NCBI GenBank assembly: GCA_001442985.1
Contig: LDYB01000007.1
Location: 3,288-67,287, forward strand
Reading direction: 5' to 3'
Source of the DNA: Armatimonadetes bacterium DC
Lineage (GTDB): Bacteria; Armatimonadota; Fimbriimonadia; Fimbriimonadales; GBS-DC
Length of the DNA: 64,000 nt
How positions within the stretch are numbered: position 1 is the first letter of the stretch; each line of letters opens with the position of its first letter. Both the position numbers and the translations under genes were made by a program. Of the stretch, positions 58,336 through 64,000 are shown piece after piece. Below the pieces are notes generated by a model. It was not told the DNA's origin. It was given only the letters and a program-made list of their open reading frames with translations, and made no database searches.

Positions 58336-59592
58336 ATGACCTGGCGCGTGCTGGGATGGGTGGCAGTCGTCTCTGCCACCCTCTACTTTCTCTATTTTGT
58401 ACGCGATGCCCTGATCCCCTTCGCGATCGGGGGCATTATCGCACTGCTGCTGAACCCCATCGTGGAGTGGCGTTGCAAGCGGGGGCTGTCGCGCCCCAAA
58501 GCGGTGCTGGCGGTCTTCTCGATGTTCCTGCTGCTGGTGGTTCTGCTCGGTATTCTGGCGACGCCCGTGTTTTACGCGCAGGCGCTGGGCTTGATTGAGA
58601 GCTTCAGCGGCAAAAACGGCGGCGCCGATATTGAGAAAGTCATCAACACATGGGTCAACGATGCGCGTGCCTATCTGCAGGCGGAGCTGCCCAAACACCA
58701 GAAATGGCTCGAGGCGAACAGTGAACTGCTTCAGCGGCTCGGATTGCCCACCGACCCCAAAGCGCTCACCGATGCGCTCACCGTGCGTCTGCGCGACCGC
58801 GTGAGCGCGTTCTTCCTGGACAACGCCGCGAGCTTCCTGAACGGACTGCTGGGTACGCTACTGAGCCTGCTCTCCAAAGTGGTCTGGATTATCGTCATCC
58901 CGTTGAGCGCGTACTTTTTCCTGCTGGATATGCCTTCCATCAAGCGGGCGATTCTGTTTCTTGTGCCTCCAGCCCAGCGTGCGGCAGTGAACAATCTGCT
59001 GAGCGAGATCGGCGACCTCTTTTTCCGTTACATTCGGGGGCTGGTTACAGCGGCGCTGAGTTATGGGATGGTGAGCATGCTCCTCTACTGGATGCTGGGT
59101 GTGCCGAACCCCTTGCTGCTGGGCGTGCTGGCGGGAGTGCTATATCCCATCCCCTATGTGGGCGCGTTTCTGATAGCGCTCAGCTCCACGGGGTTCACCC
59201 TGCTGTTTGGTCCTGCGCATCCGTTGCTGTTTCTGTTTGAGCTGTCGCGGGTGTGGCACGCGATTGCCGTTTTGCTGGGGGCGATTGCGCTCAACACCGT
59301 GTTTGATATGCTGATTACGCCGCGCTTGCTGGGCGGGGCGGTGGGGCTGCGCCCTTTAGCCAGCCTGATTGTGATTGTAGTGGGCGCGAAGTGGGGCATC
59401 TGGGGCATGATGCTCGCCGTGCCCGTTGCGACCACGCTCAAAATTATTATCGAGCGCTTGCTCCACTTCTTTTATGGCGAAGCGGAGTTTCTGGAAGCGC
59501 CTGAGCCAATTCACGAATCGGCGCCCTCGGCTTCCTCGCCTGTGCCAAACGCCCCTGCACCCCTTGATTTTCCTGATTCGCAGGGGGTATAA
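58336..59592 (+). CDS. AI-2E family transporter
   Basis: 'LLLNPIVE', 'YIRG', 'IPYVG', 'PRLLG..VGL.P', 'GMMLAVP'. Confidence 0.9.
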   Translation: MTWRVLGWVAVVSATLYFLYFVRDALIPFAIGGIIALLLNPIVEWRCKRGLSRPKAVLAVFSMFLLLVVLLGILATPVFYAQALGLIESFSGKNGGADIEKVINTWVNDARAYLQAELPKHQKWLEANSELLQRLGLPTDPKALTDALTVRLRDRVSAFFLDNAASFLNGLLGTLLSLLSKVVWIIVIPLSAYFFLLDMPSIKRAILFLVPPAQRAAVNNLLSEIGDLFFRYIRGLVTAALSYGMVSMLLYWMLGVPNPLLLGVLAGVLYPIPYVGAFLIALSSTGFTLLFGPAHPLLFLFELSRVWHAIAVLLGAIALNTVFDMLITPRLLGGAVGLRPLASLIVIVVGAKWGIWGMMLAVPVATTLKIIIERLLHFFYGEAEFLEAPEPIHESAPSASSPVPNAPAPLDFPDSQGV

Positions 59593-59631
59593 TAGTACAC
59601 TGCGCCGATTGCGCATTTGGAGGTAGAATCT

Positions 59632-62600
59632 ATGCGTATTGTTCGCCACAACGCAAAGCGAATCGAGAGCATCTTACCGCCGCCTAACCTGATTGAAATC
59701 CAATACAACTCTTACCGCTGGTTTTTAGAGGAAGGACTCAAAGAGCTGTTTCAGACCTTTTCGCCGATTTATGACCCGACGGGACGCTATTTTATAGAGT
59801 TCGGCGATTATTGTCTGGGCGAGCCGAAGTACTCGGTTGAGGAGTGTCGCGAGCGTGAAATCACTTTCAAGGCGCCCCTGCGCGTGAAGGTGCGCTATGG
59901 CGTCCGCGATGGCGAGGTGCAGGAAAGCGAAATTTATCTGGGCGACCTGCCGCTGATGACCGACGGCGGCACCTTCATCGTGAATGGGCGCGAGCGCGTG
60001 ATTATTAACCAGATTAACCGCACGCCGGGCGTTCACTTCCCGTCGCCGTTTCTATCGGGCGCGGGGCGCGAAATGCTGGCGCGCACGCTCGACAAGGTGC
60101 TTCAGGTGCAGATTATTCCCGCTGAGGGTCCGTGGCTGGACGGGGGCAACGACCCGCAGGGCGTGTTGCGTCTTAAGATCCACCAGTCCAAGCAGTTGCC
60201 CATCACGCAGATTATCAAGGCGTTCGCCGCGTATGAGGAAGCGCGCGTACCGGCTGAGCTGGAGCTGGAGCGTGCAGTCGGCTGGCGCGTGCTGAACCCT
60301 GTCAAAGACGAGTCGGGCAACCCCCTGCTGGAGGCGGGAGAGGTTATTACCCGCGAATGGCTGGAGGCACAACCGGAGACAGTACGCAAGGTTCGAGCGC
60401 TGGTGGAGCCGCCCTATGACCCCGAACGGGGGTTGACCAACGAGGCGCTTCATGGCATCTTCGGGCGCGTGGTGGAGAGGGAGGAAACCCTCGCGTACCC
60501 CACCTACGACCAGCTGGAAGGTAAGACCCTCGCCCAGGATGTGTACGACCCCAAAAAGCCTGACCAGCTCGTCGCCACTGCGGGCACGCCGATTGACACC
60601 ACGCTCGCAAAAAAGCTGGCACGGCTCAAACTGGAAACCGTTACCGTCCGAAAGCAGGAGGTGGAGCTGCATCCGTTCCTGCGCAACACACTGGACGCAG
60701 ACCCCACCACCGATTCGCGCGAGGCGCTGCTGGACTTCTATCGCCGCGCACGCCCGGGCGACCCCGCCACCGAGGAGAATGTGCGCAGTCTCTTCTACAG
60801 CCTCGTCCTGGACCCGCGCCGCTATGACCTGGGGCGTGTGGGGCGCTATCAGATTAATCGTAAACTGCGCCACAACATTCCGATGGAGGTGCGGCGGCTG
60901 ACCGTGCCCGACATGCTGCTCGTGCTGCGCCATTTGCTGGAACTGGCAGACGACCTGCACGAGTATGAAGATACCGACCACCTCGGCAACAAGCGCGTGC
61001 GCTCGGTGGGCGAGCTGCTGCAGGCACACCTGCGCGTCGCCTTCCTCAAACTTGAAAAAACCGCCCGCGAGAAGATGATTAATGCCGAGGATGTGAGCCA
61101 GATTCTGCCGAATGTGGTGTTGAGCGTGAAGCCCGTGTCGGCAGCGCTCGAATCGTTCTTCGCCACGAACCCGCTTTCCACTTTCATGGATCAGACCAAC
61201 CCGCTCTCGGAGCTGGCGAACAAGCGGCGCCTGTCGGTGCTGGGACCGGGCGGTTTGAACCGTCAGAACATCCCGCCGCAGGTGCGCAACATCACGCCGA
61301 GCCAGTACGGGCGCATCTGCCCGATTGAAACGCCCGAAGGGCAGAACATCGGGCTGGTGACCCAGCTCACACTCTATGCCCAGGTGGACGAGTTCGGCTT
61401 CATCCGCACGCCCTATCGCGTGGTGAAAGATGGTAAGGTAACCAACGAAGTCGTCTACCTGCCCGCGGATGAGGAAGAGGATAAGTGCATCGCGCCAGCG
61501 GATACGCCGATTGCCGAAGACGGCACGCTGCCCGAAATGGTGCAGGTGCGTCTGGGCGATGAGTACCCCACCGTACCACGCGAGCAGGTGCAGTATATGG
61601 ATGTGAATCCCGCGCAGGCGTTCAGCGTCTCCGCGAGCATGATCCCGTTCCTCGAGCATGACGACGCAGGGCGCGCGCTGATGGGAAGCAACATGCAGCG
61701 TCAGGGGGTGCCGTTGCTCAACCCCGAAGCGCCCTTCGTCCACACGGGCGTCGAAAGCCACGCTGCCGAGTACGCGCGAAGCGTTATCCGCGCGAAGGCG
61801 GACGGGCGCGTGCGCTATGTGAGCGCGACCGAAATCCGTGTCGAGCGCCCCGACGGCGAACTGGATATCTATAAACTGCCCCATCTGGTGGAGTCCAACA
61901 AGGGCACCTGCTTCACCTTCCTGCCGCGGGTAACGCTCGGTCAGCGCGTGCGCAAGGGCGATGTGCTGGCAGATGGACCCTCCACCGAAAACGGGGAGCT
62001 CGCGCTGGGGCGCAATGTGCTGGTGGCGTTCCTGCCCGCAGGCGGCTACAACTACGAGGACGCCGTGTTCGTCTCGCAACGCCTGCTCTACGACGACACC
62101 TACACCAGCATCCACCTGGAGAGCTATCAGACCGACGCGACCGAGACCAAACTCGGTCCCGAAGAGATTACCAACGATATTCCCAACATCAGCGAGGAGG
62201 CGCGGCGCGACCTCGACGAGAACGGCATCATCCGAATCGGCGCAGAGGTCAAGCCCGATGACCTGCTGGTGGGCAAGATTCAGCCGAAGGGTCAAACCGA
62301 AGGCTCCACCGAGCAGAAGCTGGTGCGCATCATCTTCGGTGGCAAGTCGGAAGAGGTGCGCGATGTGTCGCTCCGCCTGCCGCACGGCGAGCGCGGCTAT
62401 GTGGTGCGCGTGTCGCAATTTGCACGCTACAAGTATTACTGCCGCGACTGCAAGACAACCTTCTACCGCTCGCGTCCGCCGGAGTCGCGCGCCTGCCCAC
62501 GCTGTGGGGGCAATCTGGAGCAACTGCCTGAGGACGAGCTGCCACCCAGCGTGAACCATCGCGTGCGCGTCACAGTCGCCACCCGGCGCCCGCTCACCGA

Positions 62601-63615
62601 GGGCGACAAGATGGCAGGGCGCCACGGCAACAAGGGCGTTATCTCCAAAATCCAGCCTGTGGAGGACATGCCCTTCCTGATGGACGGCACGCCCATCGAT
62701 ATCGTGCTGAACCCGCTCGGCGTGCCTTCGCGCATGAACATCGGGCAGATTCTGGAGTTCCATCTGGGGCTGGTCGCCAAGCATCTGGGGGTTCGCTTCC
62801 GCGTGCCCGTCTTTCAGGGGAGTACCTCCGAAGAGATTAAGCAGGAGATGCGCCTGCTGGCGGATCGGCTGCGCACGCACGCGCTCCGCACCATGCTGGA
62901 GGACGAACTGGGCATCCATATCCACTGGCACTACCGCATCACTTTTGAGGAAGCGCTGAGCCAGGTGGAGACGGTACTCAAGAGCCTGCCTGAGGAGCGC
63001 CTTGCGGAGCTGCGCACGCGCTTCGCGCTGCCGAAAAAAGCCAAACTGGGCGAGCTCATGGAAGCCATCCGCCAGCGCGCCATCGACCGCAGCGGCTTTG
63101 ACCCCGAAACGGGCAAGGTCATCCTGCGCGACGGGCGCACAGGCGAGCCGTTCGACAACAAAGTGGCAGTGGGCTACCTCTACATTCTGAAACTGGAACA
63201 CCTCGCCGAAGAGAAAATCCACGCCCGGAGCATCGGTCCTTACTCGCTGATTACCCAGCAGCCGCTGGGCGGAAAAGCGCAGTTCGGCGGGCAGCGACTG
63301 GGTGAGATGGAGGTCTGGGCGCTCGAAGCTTACGGCGCCGCCCACACCCTGCAGGAGATGCTCACTATCAAATCGGACGACATCACCGGGCGCGTGCAGA
63401 GCTTCGAAGCCATCATCAAAGGGCTGCCCGTGATCCAGCCGTCCGTGCCCGAATCGTTCAAAATCCTCGTGAACGAACTGCGCGCCCTGGCGCTCAAAGT
63501 GCAGATTATCGACAAAGACGGGGAAGCGCACGACTTCCGCAGCTTAGAGGAACTTGATGCGCTTGATGAGAAAAAATCCAAACCCAGCCTGACGAGCATC
63601 GTGGAAGGGCTGTGA
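59632..63615 (+). CDS. rpoB: RNA polymerase beta subunit
   Basis: 'GRICPIETPEG', 'RALMGSNMQRQ', 'GDKMAGRHGNKG', 'GEMEVWALEAYGAA'; RBS GGAGGT. Confidence 0.98.
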   Translation: MRIVRHNAKRIESILPPPNLIEIQYNSYRWFLEEGLKELFQTFSPIYDPTGRYFIEFGDYCLGEPKYSVEECREREITFKAPLRVKVRYGVRDGEVQESEIYLGDLPLMTDGGTFIVNGRERVIINQINRTPGVHFPSPFLSGAGREMLARTLDKVLQVQIIPAEGPWLDGGNDPQGVLRLKIHQSKQLPITQIIKAFAAYEEARVPAELELERAVGWRVLNPVKDESGNPLLEAGEVITREWLEAQPETVRKVRALVEPPYDPERGLTNEALHGIFGRVVEREETLAYPTYDQLEGKTLAQDVYDPKKPDQLVATAGTPIDTTLAKKLARLKLETVTVRKQEVELHPFLRNTLDADPTTDSREALLDFYRRARPGDPATEENVRSLFYSLVLDPRRYDLGRVGRYQINRKLRHNIPMEVRRLTVPDMLLVLRHLLELADDLHEYEDTDHLGNKRVRSVGELLQAHLRVAFLKLEKTAREKMINAEDVSQILPNVVLSVKPVSAALESFFATNPLSTFMDQTNPLSELANKRRLSVLGPGGLNRQNIPPQVRNITPSQYGRICPIETPEGQNIGLVTQLTLYAQVDEFGFIRTPYRVVKDGKVTNEVVYLPADEEEDKCIAPADTPIAEDGTLPEMVQVRLGDEYPTVPREQVQYMDVNPAQAFSVSASMIPFLEHDDAGRALMGSNMQRQGVPLLNPEAPFVHTGVESHAAEYARSVIRAKADGRVRYVSATEIRVERPDGELDIYKLPHLVESNKGTCFTFLPRVTLGQRVRKGDVLADGPSTENGELALGRNVLVAFLPAGGYNYEDAVFVSQRLLYDDTYTSIHLESYQTDATETKLGPEEITNDIPNISEEARRDLDENGIIRIGAEVKPDDLLVGKIQPKGQTEGSTEQKLVRIIFGGKSEEVRDVSLRLPHGERGYVVRVSQFARYKYYCRDCKTTFYRSRPPESRACPRCGGNLEQLPEDELPPSVNHRVRVTVATRRPLTEGDKMAGRHGNKGVISKIQPVEDMPFLMDGTPIDIVLNPLGVPSRMNIGQILEFHLGLVAKHLGVRFRVPVFQGSTSEEIKQEMRLLADRLRTHALRTMLEDELGIHIHWHYRITFEEALSQVETVLKSLPEERLAELRTRFALPKKAKLGELMEAIRQRAIDRSGFDPETGKVILRDGRTGEPFDNKVAVGYLYILKLEHLAEEKIHARSIGPYSLITQQPLGGKAQFGGQRLGEMEVWALEAYGAAHTLQEMLTIKSDDITGRVQSFEAIIKGLPVIQPSVPESFKILVNELRALALKVQIIDKDGEAHDFRSLEELDALDEKKSKPSLTSIVEGL

Positions 63616-63620
63616 AGTGA

Positions 63621-64000
<380 letters not shown>

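Noticed and set aside
60052-63531. 1159-aa minus-strand ORF and other long antisense ORFs (2249-4255, 10512-11981, 37023-38528, 44087-45367)
   Set aside because: Shadow frames opposite well-supported genes in high-GC DNA; no recognisable motifs

Overview
GC-rich bacterial chromosome segment. Prepilin/H-X9-DG (DUF1559-like) genes, a PEP-CTERM protein and a WD40 protein with a 'GDVNxDGCVDDADLL' tail suggest Armatimonadota (inference). Most of it is housekeeping: fliR, pdhA, asd, rdgB, phoR-like kinase, rsmE, prmA, glyQ, ltaE, dnaA, mnmA, rpoB and the start of rpoC. Three accessory patches stand out. (1) About 14.4-18.5 kb: a truncated moeB, a REPIN-like doublet and two orphan Rhs toxin/immunity modules. 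(2) The best candidate for a new system: an 8.8-kb island (23343-32185) with no integrase, bounded by exact 38-bp direct repeats. It holds two near-identical 877-bp modules (leader ORF, G10/G11 tract, sigma70-like gene, putative downstream promoter and 5'UTR hairpin). Each module precedes a different cassette of Cys-rich secreted or lipoprotein genes plus partners; cassette 1 also has a pilin-like gene and lnt. (3) A two-gene DUF3696-type ABC-ATPase + PIN nuclease candidate defence locus next to a Fur/PerR - CcrM-like methylase - P1B-4 ATPase operon. Also noted: a TGA cutting off a PEP-CTERM anchor, rifampicin-pocket substitutions and a Zn-ribbon insertion in RpoB, and many -10 boxes close to start codons. 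No rRNA, tRNA or CRISPR array was recognised. All family calls come from motif recognition by eye, not database searches.
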